Source of the DNA: Balanoglossus misakiensis
Lineage: Eukaryota; Animalia; Hemichordata
Length of the DNA stretch: 64,000 nt
Assembly (NCBI GenBank): GCA_040954595.2
Contig: CM082580.2
Location: 10,986,809-11,050,808 of the forward strand
Reading direction: 5' to 3'
Shown here: positions 50,701 through 64,000 of the stretch, piece after piece
Position numbering within the stretch: position 1 is the stretch's first letter
How the letters are laid out: every line of letters starts with the position of its first letter
Position numbers and translations under genes: made by a program
Notes under the pieces: model-generated
Told to the model about the DNA's origin: nothing
The model's input: only the letters and a program-made list of their open reading frames with translations
The model's database searches: none

Positions 50701-53700
50701 AAACCATGGGTTATAGCTCAGGAAATCATCAAAAAATGACAATTTTTCGACTTTGCGGAAAATCAAAATTTGGCCGATTTTTGAAAAAAACCATGGGTTA
50801 TAGCTCAGGAAATCATCAAAAAATGACAATTTTTCGACTTTGCGGAAAATCAAAATTTGGCCGATTTTTGAAAAAAACCATGGGTTATAGCTCAGGAAAT
50901 CATCAAAAAATGACAATTTTTCGACTTTGCGGAAAATCAAAATTTGGCCGATTTTTGAAAAAAACCATGGGTTATAGCTCAGGAAATCATCAAAAAATGA
51001 CAATTTTTCGACTTTGCGGAAAATCAAAATTTGGCCGATTTTTGAAAAAAACCATGGGTTATAGCTCAGGAAATCATCAAAAAATGACAATTTTTCGACT
51101 TTGCGGAAAATCAAAATTTGGCCGATTTTTGAAAAAAACCATGGGTTATAGCTCAGGAAATCATCAAAAAATGACAATTTTTCGACTTTGCGGAAAATCA
51201 AATTTGGCCGATTTTTGAAAAAAACCATGGGTTATAGCTCAGGAAATCATCAAAAAATGACAATTTTTCGACTTTGCGGAAAATCAAAATTTGCCGATTT
51301 TTGAAAAAAACCATGGGTTATAGCTCAGGAAATCATCAAAAAATGACAATTTTTCGACTTTGCGGAAAATCAAAATTTGGCCGATTTTGAAAAAACCATG
51401 GTTATAGCTCAGGAAATCATCAAAAAATGACAATTTTTCGACTTTGCGGAAAATCAAAATTTGGCCGATTTTTGAAAAAAACCATGGGTTATAGCTCAGG
51501 AAATCATCAAAAAATGACAATTTTTCGACTTTGCGGAAAATCAAAATTTGGCCGATTTTTGAAAAAACCATGGGTTATAGCTCAGGAAATCATCAAAAAA
51601 TGACAATTTTTCGACTTTGCGGAAATCAAAATTTGGCCGGATTTTGAAAAAAACCATGGGTTATAGCTCAGGAAATCATCAAAAAATGACAATTTTTCGA
51701 CTTTGCGGAAAATCAAAATTTGGCCGTTTTTGAAAAAAACCATGGGTTATAGCTCAGGAAATCATCAAAAAATGACAATTTTTCGACTTTGCGGAAAATC
51801 AAAATTTGGCCGATTTTTGAAAAAAACCATGGGTTATAGCTCAGGAAATCATCAAAAAATGACAATTTTCGACTTTGCGGAAAATCAAAATTTGGCCGAT
51901 TTTTGAAAAAAACCATGGGTTATAGCTCAGGAAATCATCAAAAAATGACAATTTTTCGACTTTGCGGAAAATCAAAATTTGGCCGATTTTTGAAAAAACC
52001 ATGGTTATAGCTCAGGAAATCATCAAAAAATGACAATTTTTCGACTTTGCGGAAAATCAAAATTTGGCCGATTTTTGAAAAAAACCATGGGTTATAGCTC
52101 AGGAAATCATCAAAAAATGACAATTTTTCGACTTTGCGGAAAATCAAAATTGGCCGATTTTTGAAAAAAACCATGGGTTATAGCTCAGGAAATCATCAAA
52201 AAATGACAATTTTTCGACTTTGCGGAAAATCAAAATTTGGCCGATTTTTGAAAAAACCATGGGTTATAGCTCAGGAAATCATCAAAAATGACAATTTTTC
52301 GACTTTGCGGAAAATCAAAATTTGGCCGATTTTTGAAAAAAACCATGGGTTATAGCTCAGGAAATCATCAAAAAATGACAATTTTTCGACTTTGCGGAAA
52401 ATCAAAATTTGGCCGATTTTTGAAAAAAACCATGGGTTATAGCTCAGGAAATCATCAAAAAATGACAATTTTTCGACTTTGCGGAAAATCAAAATTTGGC
52501 CGATTTTTGAAAAAAACCATGGGTTATAGCTCAGGAAATCATCAAAAAATGACAATTTTTCGACTTTGCGGAAAATCAAAATTTGGCCGATTTTTGAAAA
52601 AAACCATGGGTTATAGCTCAGGAAATCATCAAAAAATGACAATTTTTCGACTTTGCGGAAAATCAAAATTTGGCCGATTTTTGAAAAAAACCATGGGTTA
52701 TAGCTCAGGAAATCATCAAAAAATGACAATTTTTCGACTTTGCGGAAAATCAAAATTTGGCCGATTTTTGAAAAAAACCATGGGTTATAGCTCAGGAAAT
52801 CATCAAAAAATGACAATTTTTCGACTTTGCGGAAAATCAAAATTGGCCGATTTTTGAAAAAAACCATGGGTTATAGCTCAGGAAATCATCAAAAAATGAC
52901 AATTTTTCGACTTTGCGGAAAATCAAAATTTGGCCGATTTTTGAAAAAAACCATGGGTTATAGCTCAGGAAATCATCAAAAAATGACAATTTTTCGACTT
53001 TGCGGAAATCAAAATTTGGCCGATTTTTGAAAAAAACCATGGGTTATAGCTCAGGAAATCATCAAAAAATGACAATTTTTCGACTTTGCGGAAAATCAAA
53101 ATTTGGCCGATTTTTGAAAAAAACCATGGGTTATAGCTCAGGAAATCATCAAAAAATGACAATTTTTCGACTTTGCGGAAAATCAAAATTTGGCCGATTT
53201 TTGAAAAAAACCATGGGTTATAGCTCAGGAAATCATCAAAAATGACAATTTTTCGACTTTGCGGAAAATCAAAATTTGGCCGATTTTTGAAAAAAACCAT
53301 GGGTTATAGCTCAGGAAATCATCAAAAAATGACAATTTTTCGACTTTGCGGAAAATCAAAATTTGGCCGATTTTTGAAAAAAACCATGGGTTATAGCTCA
53401 GGAAATCATCAAAAAATGACAATTTTTCGACTTTGCGGAAAATCAAAATTTGGCCGATTTTTGAAAAAAACCATGGGTTATAGCTCAGGAAATCATCAAA
53501 AATGACAATTTTTCGACTTTGCGGAAATCAAAATTTGGCCGATTTTTGAAAAAAACCATGGGTTATAGCTCAGGAAATCATCAAAAAATGACAATTTTTC
53601 GACTTTGCGGAAAATCAAAATTTGGCCGATTTTTGAAAAAAACCATGGGTTATAGCTCAGGAAATCATCAAAAAATGACAATTTTTCGACTTTGCGGAAA

Positions 53701-56700
53701 ATCAAAATTTGGCCGATTTTTGAAAAAAACCATGGGTTATAGCTCAGGAAATCATCAAAAAATGACAATTTTTCGACTTTGCGGAAAATCAAAATTTGGC
53801 CGATTTTTGAAAAAACCATGGGTTATAGCTCAGGAAATCATCAAAAAATGACAATTTTTCGACTTTGCGGAAAATCAAAATTTGGCCGATTTTTGAAAAA
53901 AACCATGGGTTATAGCTCAGGAAATCATCAAAAAATGACAATTTTTCGACTTTGCGGAAAATCAAAATTTGGCCGATTTTTGAAAAAAACCATGGGTTAT
54001 AGCTCAGGAAATCATCAAAAAATGACAATTTTTCGACTTTGCGGAAAATCAAAATTTGGCCGATTTTTGAAAAAAAACCATGGGTTATAGCTCAGGAAAT
54101 CATCAAAAAATGACAATTTTCGACTTTGCGGAAAATCAAAATTTGGCCGATTTTGAAAAAAACCATGGGTTATAGCTCAGGAAATCATCAAAAAATGACA
54201 ATTTTTCGACTTTGCGGAAAATCAAAATTTGGCCGATTTTTGAAAAAAACCATGGGTTATAGCTCAGGAAATCATCAAAAAATGACAATTTTTCGACTTT
54301 GCGGAAAATCAAAATTTGGCCGATTTTTGAAAAAAACCATGGGTTATAGCTCAGGAAATCATCAAAAAATGACAATTTTTCGACTTTGCGGAAAATCAAA
54401 ATTTGGCCGATTTTTGAAAAAAACCATGGGTTATAGCTCAGGAAATCATCAAAAAATGACAATTTTTCGACTTTGCGGAAAATCAAAATTTGGCCGATTT
54501 TTTGAAAAAAACCATGGGTTATAGCTCAGGAAATCATCAAAAAATGACAATTTTTCGACTTTGCGGAAAATCAAAATTTGGCCGATTTTTGAAAAAAAAC
54601 CATGGGTTATAGCTCAGGAAATCATCAAAAAATGACAATTTTTCGACTTTGCGGAAAATCAAAATTTGGCCGATTTTTGAAAAAAACCATGGGTTATAGC
54701 TCAGGAAATCATCAAAAAATGACAATTTTTCGACTTTGCGGAAAATCAAAATTTGGCCGATTTTTGAAAAAAACCATGGGTTATAGCTCAGGAAATCATC
54801 AAAAATGACAATTTTTCGACTTTGCGGAAAATCAAAATTTGGCCGATTTTTGAAAAAAACCATGGGTTATAGCTCAGGAAATCATCAAAAAATGACAATT
54901 TTTCGACTTTGCGGAAAATCAAAATTTGGCCGATTTTTGAAAAAAACCATGGGTTATAGCTCAGGAAATCATCAAAAATGACAATTTTTCGACTTTGCGG
55001 AAAATCAAAATTTGGCCGATTTTGAAAAAAACCATGGGTTATAGCTCAGGAAATCATCAAAAAATGACAATTTTTCGACTTTGCGGAAATCAAAATTTTG
55101 GCCGATTTTGAAAAAAACCAGGGTTATAGCTCAGGAAATCATCAAAAATGACAATTTTCGACTTTGCGGAAAATCAAAATTTGGCCGATTTTTGAAAAAA
55201 ACCATGGGTTATAGCTCAGGAAATCATCAAAAATGACAATTTTTCGACTTTGCGGAAAATCAAAATTTGGCCGATTTTTGAAAAAAACATTGGTTATAGC
55301 TCAGGAAATCATCAAAAAATGACAATTTTTCGACTTTGCGGAAAATCAAAATTTGGCCGATTTTGAAAAAAACCATGGGTTATAGCTCAGGAAATCATCA
55401 AAAAATGACAATTTTTCGACTTTGCGGAAAATCAAAATTTGGCCGATTTTTGAAAAAACCAGGGTTATAGCTCAGGAAATCATCAAAAAATGAACAATTT
55501 TTCGACTTTGCGGAAAATCACTCACGAGATGTGTCCGATTTTGAAAAAAAACCATGGGTTATAGCTCAGGAAATCATCAAAAAATGACAATTTTTCGACT
55601 TTGCGGAATTTTCGACTTTGCGGAAAATCAAAATTTGGCCGATTTTTGAAAAAAACCATGGGTTATAGCTCAGGAAATCATCAAAAAATGACAATTTTTC
55701 GACTTTGCGGAAAATCAAAATTTGGCCGATTTTTGAAAAAAACCATGGGTTATAGCTCAGGAAATCATCAAAAAATGACAATTTTTCGACTTTGCGGAAA
55801 ATCAAAATTTGGCCGATTTTTGAAAAAAACCATGGGTTATAGCTCAGGAAATCATCAAAAAATGACAATTTTTCGACTTTGCGGAAAATCAAAATTTGGC
55901 CGATTTTTGAAAAAAACCATGGGTTATAGCTCAGGAAATCATCAAAAAATGACAATTTTTCGACTTTGCGGAAAATCAAAATTTGGCCGATTTTTGAAAA
56001 AAACCATGGGTTATAGCTCAGGAAATCATCAAAAAATGACAATTTTTCGACTTTGCGGAAAATCAAAATTTGGCCGATTTTTGAAAAAAACCATGGGTTA
56101 TAGCTCAGGAAATCATCAAAAAATGACAATTTTTCGACTTTGCGGAAAATCAAAATTTGGCCGATTTTTGAAAAAAACCATGGGTTATAGCTCAGGAAAT
56201 CATCAAAAAATGACAATTTTTCGACTTTGCGGAAAATCAAAATTTGGCCGATTTTTGAAAAAAACCATGGGTTATAGCTCAGGAAATCATCAAAAAATGA
56301 CAATTTTTCGACTTTGCGGAAAATCAAAATTTGGCCGATTTTTGAAAAAAACCATGGGTTATAGCTCAGGAAATCATCAAAAAATGACAATTTTTCGACT
56401 TTGCGGAAAATCAAAATTTGGCCGATTTTTGAAAAAAACCATGGGTTATAGCTCAGGAAATCATCAAAAAATGACAATTTTTCGACTTTGCGGAAAATCA
56501 AAATTTGGCCGATTTTTGAAAAAAACCATGGGTTATAGCTCAGGAAATCATCAAAAAATGACAATTTTTCGACTTTGCGGAAAATCAAAATTTGGCCGAT
56601 TTTTGAAAAAAACCATGGGTTATAGCTCAGGAAATCATCAAAAAATGACAATTTTTCGACTTTGCGGAAAATCAAAATTTGGCCGATTTTTGAAAAAAAC

Positions 56701-59700
56701 CATGGGTTATAGCTCAGGAAATCATCTTTCGACTTTGCGGAAAATCAAAATTTGGCCGATTTTTGAAAAAAACCATGGGTTATAGCTCAGGAAATCATCA
56801 AAAATGACAATTTTTCGACTTTGCGGAAAATCAAATTTGGCCGATTTTTGAAAAAACCATGGGTTATAGCTCAGGAAATCATCAAAAAATGACAATTTTT
56901 CGACTTTGCGGAAAATCAAAATTTGGCCGATTTTTGAAAAAAACCATGGGTTATAGCTCAGGAAATCATCAAAAAATGACAATTTTTCGACTTTGCGGAA
57001 AATCAAAATTTGGCCGATTTTTGAAAAAACCATGGGTTATAGCTCAGGAAATCATCAAAAAATGACAATTTTTCGACTTTGCGGAAATCAAAATTTGGCC
57101 GATTTTTGAAAAAAACCATGGGTTATAGCTCAGGAAATCATCAAAAAATGACAATTTTTCGACTTTGCGAAAATCAAAATTTGGCCGATTTTGAAAAAAA
57201 CCATGGGTTATAGCTCAGGAAATCATCAAAAAATGACAATTTTTCGACTTTGCGGAAATCAAAATTTGGCCGATTTTTGAAAAAAACCATGGGTTATAGC
57301 TCAGGAAATCATCAAAAAATGACAATTTTTCGACTTTGCGGAAAATCAAAATTTGGCCGATTTTTGAAAAAACCATGGGTTATAGCTCAGGAAATCATCA
57401 AAAAATGACAATTTTTCGACTTTGCGGAAAATCAAAATTTGGCCGATTTTTGAAAAAACCATGGGTTATAGCTCAGGAAATCATCAAAAATGACAATTTT
57501 TCGACTTTGCGGAAAATCAAAATTTGGCCGATTTTTGAAAAAAACCATGGGTTATAGCTCAGGAAATCATCAAAAAATGACAATTTTTCGACTTTGCGGA
57601 AAATCAAAATTTGGCCGATTTTTGAAAAAAACCATGGGTTATAGCTCAGGAAATCATCAAAAAATGACAATTTTTCGACTTTGCGGAAAATCAAAATTTG
57701 GCCGATTTTTGAAAAAACCATGGGTTATAGCTCAGGAAATCATCAAAAATGACAATTTTTCGACTTTGCGGAAAATCAAAATTTGGCCGATTTTTGAAAA
57801 AAACCATGGGTTATAGCTCAGGAAATCATCAAAAAATGACAATTTTTCGACTTTGCGGAAAATCAAAATTTGGCCGATTTTTGAAAAAAACCATGGGTTA
57901 TAGCTCAGGAAATCATCAAAAAATGACAATTTTTCGACTTTGCGGAAAATCAAAATTTGGCCGATTTTTGAAAAAAACCATGGGTTATAGCTCAGGAAAT
58001 CATCAAAAAAATGACAATTTTTCGACTTTGCGGAAAATCAAAATTTGGCCGATTTTTGAAAAAAACCATGGGTTATAGCTCAGGAAATCATCAAAAAATG
58101 ACAATTTTTCGACTTTGCGGAAAATCAAAATTTGGCCGATTTTTGAAAAAAACCATGGGTTATAGCTCAGGAAATCATCAAAAATGACAATTTTCGACTT
58201 TGCGGAAAATCAAAATTTGGCCGATTTTTGAAAAAAACCATGGGTTATAGCTCAGGAAATCATCAAAAATGACAATTTTTCGACTTTGCGGAAAATCAAA
58301 TTTGGCCGTTTTTTGAAAAAAACCATGGGTTATAGCTCAGGAAATCATCAAAAAATGACAATTTTTCGACTTTGCGAAAATCAAAATTTGGCCGATTTTT
58401 GAAAAAAACCATGGGTTATAGCTCAGGAAATCATCAAAAAATGACAATTTTTCGACTTTGCGGAAAATCAAAATTTGGCCGATTTTTGAAAAAAACCATG
58501 GGTTATAGCTCAGGAAATCATCAAAAAATGACAATTTTTCGACTTTGCGGAAAATCAAAATTTGGCCGATTTTTGAAAAAAACCATGGGTTATAGCTCAG
58601 GAAATCATCAAAAAATGACAATTTTCGACTTTGCGGAAATCAAAATTTGGCCGATTTTTGAAAAAAACCATGGGTTATAGCTCAGGAAATCATCAAAAAA
58701 TGACATTTTTCGACTTTGCGGAAAATCAAAATTTGGCCGATTTTTGAAAAAAACCATGGGTTATAGCTCAGGAAATCATCGAAAAATGACAATTTTTCGA
58801 CTTTGCGGAAAATCAAAATTTGGCCGATTTTTGAAAAAAACCATGGGTTATAGCTCAGGAAATCATCAAAAATGACAATTTTTCGACTTTGCGGAAATCA
58901 AAATTTGGCCGATTTTTGAAAAAAACCATGGGTTATAGCTCAGGAAATCATCAAAAAATGACAATTTTTCGACTTTGCGGAAATCAAAATTTGGCCGATT
59001 TTTTGAAAAAAACCCATGGGTTATAGCTCAGGAAATCATCAAAAATGACAATTTTTCGACTTTGCGGAAAATCAAAATTTGGCCGATTTTTGAAAAAAAC
59101 CATGGGTTATAGCTCAGGAAATCATCAAAAAATGACAATTTTTCGACTTTGCGGAAAATCAAAATTTGGCCGATTTTTGAAAAAAACCATGGGTTATAGC
59201 TCAGGAAATCATCAAAAAATGACAATTTTTCGACTTTGCGGAAAATCAAAATTTGGCCGATTTTTTGAAAAAAACCATGGGTTATAGCTCAGGAAATCAT
59301 CAAAAAATGACAAATTTTTCGACTTTGCGGAAATCAAATTTGGCCGATTTTTGAAAAAAACCATGGGTTATAGCTCAGGAAATCATCAAAAAATGACAAT
59401 TTTTCGACTTTGCGGAAAATCAAAATTTGGCCGATTTTGAAAAAAAACCATGGGTTATAGCTCAGGAAATCATCAAAAATGACAATTTTTCGACTTTGCG
59501 GAAATCAAAATTTGGCCGATTTTGAAAAAAACCATGGGTTATAGCTCAGGAAATCATCAAAAAATGACAATTTTTCGACTTTGCGGAAAATCAAAATTTG
59601 GCCGATTTTTGAAAAAAACCATGGGTTATAGCTCAGGAAATCATCAAAAAATGACAATTTTTCGACTTTGCGGAAAATCAAAATTTGGCCGATTTTTGAA

Positions 59701-62700
59701 AAAAAACATGGGTTATAGCTCAGGAAATCATCAAAAAATGACAATTTTCGACTTTGCGGAAAATCAAAATTTGGCCGATTTTTGAAAAAAACCATGGGTT
59801 ATAGCTCAGGAAATCATCAAAAAATGACAATTTTTCGACTTTGCGGAAAATCAAAATTTGGCCGATTTTTGAAAAAAACCATGGGTTATAGCTCAGGAAA
59901 TCATCAAAAAATGACAATTTTTCGACTTTGCGGAAAATCAAAATTTGGCCGATTTTTGAAAAAAACCATGGGTTATAGCTCAGGAAATCATCAAAAAATG
60001 ACAATTTTTCGACTTTGCGGAAAATCAAAATTTGGCCGATTTTGAAAAAAACCATGGGTTATAGCTCAGGAAATTCATCAAAAAATGACAATTTTTCGAC
60101 TTTGCGGAAAATCAAAATTTGGCCGATTTTTGAAAAAAACCATGGGTTATAGCTCAGAAATCATCAAAAAATGACAATTTTTCGACTTTGCGGAAAATCA
60201 AAATTTGGCCGATTTTTGAAAAAAACCATGGGTTATAGCTCAGGAAATCATCAAAAAATGACAATTTTTCGACTTTGCGGAAAATCAAAATTTGGCCGAT
60301 TTTTGAAAAAAACCATGGGTTATAGCTCAGGAAATCATCAAAAAATGACAATTTTCGACTTTGCGGAAAATCAAAATTTGCCGATTTTTGAAAAAAACCA
60401 TGGGTTATAGCTCAGGAAATCATCAAAAAATGACAATTTTTCGACTTTGCGGAAAATCAAAATTTGGCCGATTTTTGAAAAAAACCATGGGTTATAGCTC
60501 AGGAAATCATCAAAAATGACAATTTTTCGACTTTGCGGAAAATCAAAATTTGGCCGATTTTTGAAAAAAACCATGGGTTATAGCTCAGGAAATCATCAAA
60601 AAATGACAATTTTTCGACTTTGCGGAAAATCAAAATTTGGCCGATTTTTGAAAAAAACCATGGGTTATAGCTCAGGAAATCATCAAAAAATGACAATTTT
60701 TCGACTTTGCGGAAAATCAAAATTTGGCCGATTTTTGAAAAAAACCATGGGTTATAGCTCAGGAAATCATCAAAAAATGACAATTTTTCGACTTTGCGGA
60801 AAATCAAAATTTGGCCGATTTTTGAAAAAAACCATGGGTTATAGCTCAGGAAATCATCAAAAAATGACAATTTTTCGACTTTGCGGAAAATCAAAATTTG
60901 GCCGATTTTTGAAAAAAACCATGGGTTATAGCTCAGGAAATCATCAAAAAATGACAATTTTTCGACTTTGCGGAAAATCAAAATTTGGCCGATTTTTGAA
61001 AAAAACCATGGGTTATAGCTCAGGAAATCATCAAAAAATGACAATTTTTCGACTTTGCGGAAAATCAAAATTTGGCCGATTTTTGAAAAAACCATGGGTT
61101 ATAGCTCAGGAAATCATCAAAAAATGACAATTTTTCGACTTTGCGGAAAATCAAAATTTGGCCGATTTTGAAAAAAACCATGGGTTATAGCTCAGGAAAT
61201 CATCAAAAAATGACAATTTTTCGACTTTGCGGAAAATCAAATTTGGCCGATTTTGAAAAAAACCATGGGTTATAGCTCAGGAAATCATCAAAAAATGACA
61301 ATTTTTCGACTTTGCGGAAAATCAAAATTTGGCCGATTTTTTGAAAAAAACCATGGGTTATAGCTCAGGAAATCATCAAAAAATGACAATTTTTCGACTT
61401 TGCGGAAAATCAAAATTTGGCCGATTTTTGAAAAAAACCATGGGTTATAGCTCAGGAAATCATCAAAAAATGACAATTTTTCGACTTTGCGGAAAATCAA
61501 AATTTGGCCGATTTTTGAAAAAACCATGGGTTATAGCTCAGGAAATCATCAAAAATGACAATTTTTCGACTTTGCGGAAAATCAAAATTTGGCCGATTTT
61601 TGAAAAAACCATGGGTTATAGCTCAGGAAATCATCAAAAAATGACAATTTTTCGACTTTGCGGAAAATCAAAATTTGGCCGATTTTTGAAAAAAACCATG
61701 GGTTATAGCTCAGGAAATCATCAAAAAATGACAATTTTTCGACTTTGCGGAAAATCAAAATTTGGCCGATTTTTGAAAAAAACCATGGGTTATAGCTCAG
61801 GAAATCATCAAAAAATGACAATTTTTCGACTTTGCGGAAAATCAAAATTTGGCCGATTTTTGAAAAAACCATGGGTTATAGCTCAGGAAATCATCAAAAA
61901 ATGACAATTTTTCGACTTTGCGGAAAATCAAAATTTGGCCGATTTTTGAAAAAAACCATGGGTTATAGCTCAGGAAATCATCAAAAATGACAATTTTCGA
62001 CTTTGCGGAAAATCAAAATTTGGCCGATTTTTGAAAAAAACCATGGGTTATAGCTCAGGAAATCATCAAAAATGACAATTTTTCGACTTTGCGGAAAATC
62101 AAATTTGGCCGATTTTTGAAAAAAACCATGGGTTATAGCTCAGGAAATCATCAAAAAATGACAATTTTTCGACTTTGCGGAAAATCAAAATTTGGCCGAT
62201 TTTTGAAAAAAAACCATGGGTTATAGCTCAGGAAATCATCAAAAAATGACAATTTTTCGACTTTGCGGAAAATCAAAATTTGCCGATTTTGAAAAAAACC
62301 ATGGGTTATAGCTCAGGAAATCATCAAAAAATGACAATTTTTCGACTTTGCGGAAAATCAAAATTTGGCCGTTTTTGAAAAAAACCATGGGTTATAGCTC
62401 AGGAAATCATCAAAAAATGACAATTTTCGACTTTTGCGGAAAATCAAAATTTGCCGATTTTGAAAAAAACCATGGGTTATAGCTCAGGAAATCATCAAAA
62501 ATGACAATTTTTCGACTTTGCGGAAAATCAAAATTTGGCCGATTTTTGAAAAAACATGGTTATAGCTCAGGAAATCATCAAAAAATGACATTTTTCGACT
62601 TTGCGGAAAATCAAAATTTGGCCGATTTTTGAAAAAAACCATGGGTTATAGCTCAGGAAATCATCAAAAAATGACAATTTTTCGACTTTGCTGGAAAAAT

Positions 62701-64000
62701 CAAAATTTGGCCGATTTTTGAAAAAAACCATGGGTTATAGCTCAGGAAATCATCAAAAAATGACAATTTTTCGACTTTGCGGAAAATCAAAATTTGGCCG
62801 ATTTTTGAAAAAAACCATGGGTTATAGCTCAGGAAATCATCAAAAATGACAATTTTTCGACTTTGCGGAAAATCAAAATTTGGCCGATTTTTGAAAAAAT
62901 CCATGGTTATAGCTCAGGAAATCATCAAAAAATGACAATTTTTCGACTTTGCGGAAAATCAAAATTTGGCCGATTTTGAAAAAAACCATGGGTTATAGCT
63001 CAGGAAATCATCAAAAAATGACAATTTTTCTGACTTTGCGGAAAATCAAAATTTGGCCGATTTTTGAAAAAACCATGGTTATAGCTCAGGAAATCATCAA
63101 AAAATGACAATTTTTCGACTTTGCGGAAAATCAAAATTTGGCCGATTTTTGAAAAAACCATGGTTATAGCTCAGGAAATCATCAAAAAATGACAATTTTT
63201 CGACTTTGCGGAAAATCAAAATTTGGCCGATTTTTGAAAAAAACCATGGGTTATAGCTCAGGAAATCATCAAAAAATGACAATTTTTCGACTTTGCGGAA
63301 AATCAAATTTGGCCGATTTTTGAAAAAAACCATGGGTTATAGCTCAGGAAATCATCAAAAAATGACAATTTTTCGACTTTGCGGAAAATCAAAATTTGCC
63401 GATTTTTGAAAAAAACCATGGGTTATAGCTCAGGAAATCATCAAAAAATGACAATTTTTCGACTTTGCGGAAAATCAAAATTTGGCCGATTTTTGAAAAA
63501 ACCATGGGTTATAGCTCAGGAAATCATCAAAAAATGACAATTTTTCGACTTTGCGGAAAATCAAAATTTGGCCGATTTTTGAAAAAAACCATGGGTTATA
63601 GCTCAGGAAATCATCAAAAATGACAATTTTTCGACTTTGCGGAAAATCAAAATTTGGCCGATTTTTGAAAAAAACCATGGTTATAGCTCAGGAAATCATC
63701 AAAAAAATGACAATTTTTCGACTTTGCGGAAAATCAAAATTTGGCCGATTTTTGAAAAAAACATGGGTTATAGCTCAGGAAATCATCAAAAAAATGACAA
63801 TTTTTCGACTTTGCGGAAAATCAAAATTGGCCGATTTTTGAAAAAAACCATGGTTATAGCTCAGGAAATCATCAAAAATTGACAATTTTTCGACTTTGCG
63901 GAAATCAAAATTTGGCCGATTTTTGAAAAAAACCATGGGTTATAGCTCAGGAAATCATCAAAAAAATGACAATTTTTCGACTTTGCGGAAAATCAAAATT
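47748..64000. repeat. 87-bp tandem satellite DNA array, about 187 copies, continues past the window end
   Basis: Dominant monomer catgggttatagctcaggaaatcatcaaaaaatgacaatttttcgactttgcggaaaatcaaaatttggccgatttttgaaaaaaac (about 32% GC), head-to-tail and near-identical. Most differences are homopolymer indels. Confidence 0.99.

Noticed and set aside
47723-63882. Long ORFs on both strands (up to 765 aa) made of 29-aa repeats
   Set aside because: 87 bp is 29 codons, so any stop-free frame of the monomer repeats indefinitely. Frames shift at every homopolymer indel and there is no unique flanking domain. Not protein-coding.
47437-64000. CRISPR-like array
   Set aside because: There are no unique spacers: whole monomers are repeated. 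The context is eukaryotic with no cas genes.

Overview
Eukaryotic (animal) genomic DNA, most likely an invertebrate deuterostome such as a hemichordate or echinoderm (inferred from gene structure and sequence style, not proven). Bases 1-47.4 kb hold one large, intron-rich, plus-strand gene for a class B1 (secretin-family) GPCR of the corticotropin-releasing factor / DH44 receptor type. I reconstructed it by hand as ten shared exons (38878-45051) with consistent GT-AG phases. Two alternative N-terminal exons (20228-20435 and 31416-31689) each supply their own signal peptide and first ECD cysteine, and both splice in phase 1 onto the same exon. The isoform starting at 31416 is 503 aa. From about 47437 to the window end (over 16.5 kb, still open) lies an 87-bp tandem satellite with a layered, divergent edge. 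All long ORFs there are artefacts of its 29-codon period. The introns carry microsatellites, a G-rich minisatellite, a small fold-back element, a tRNA-SINE-like relic, and repeated CRE and RFX X-box motifs.
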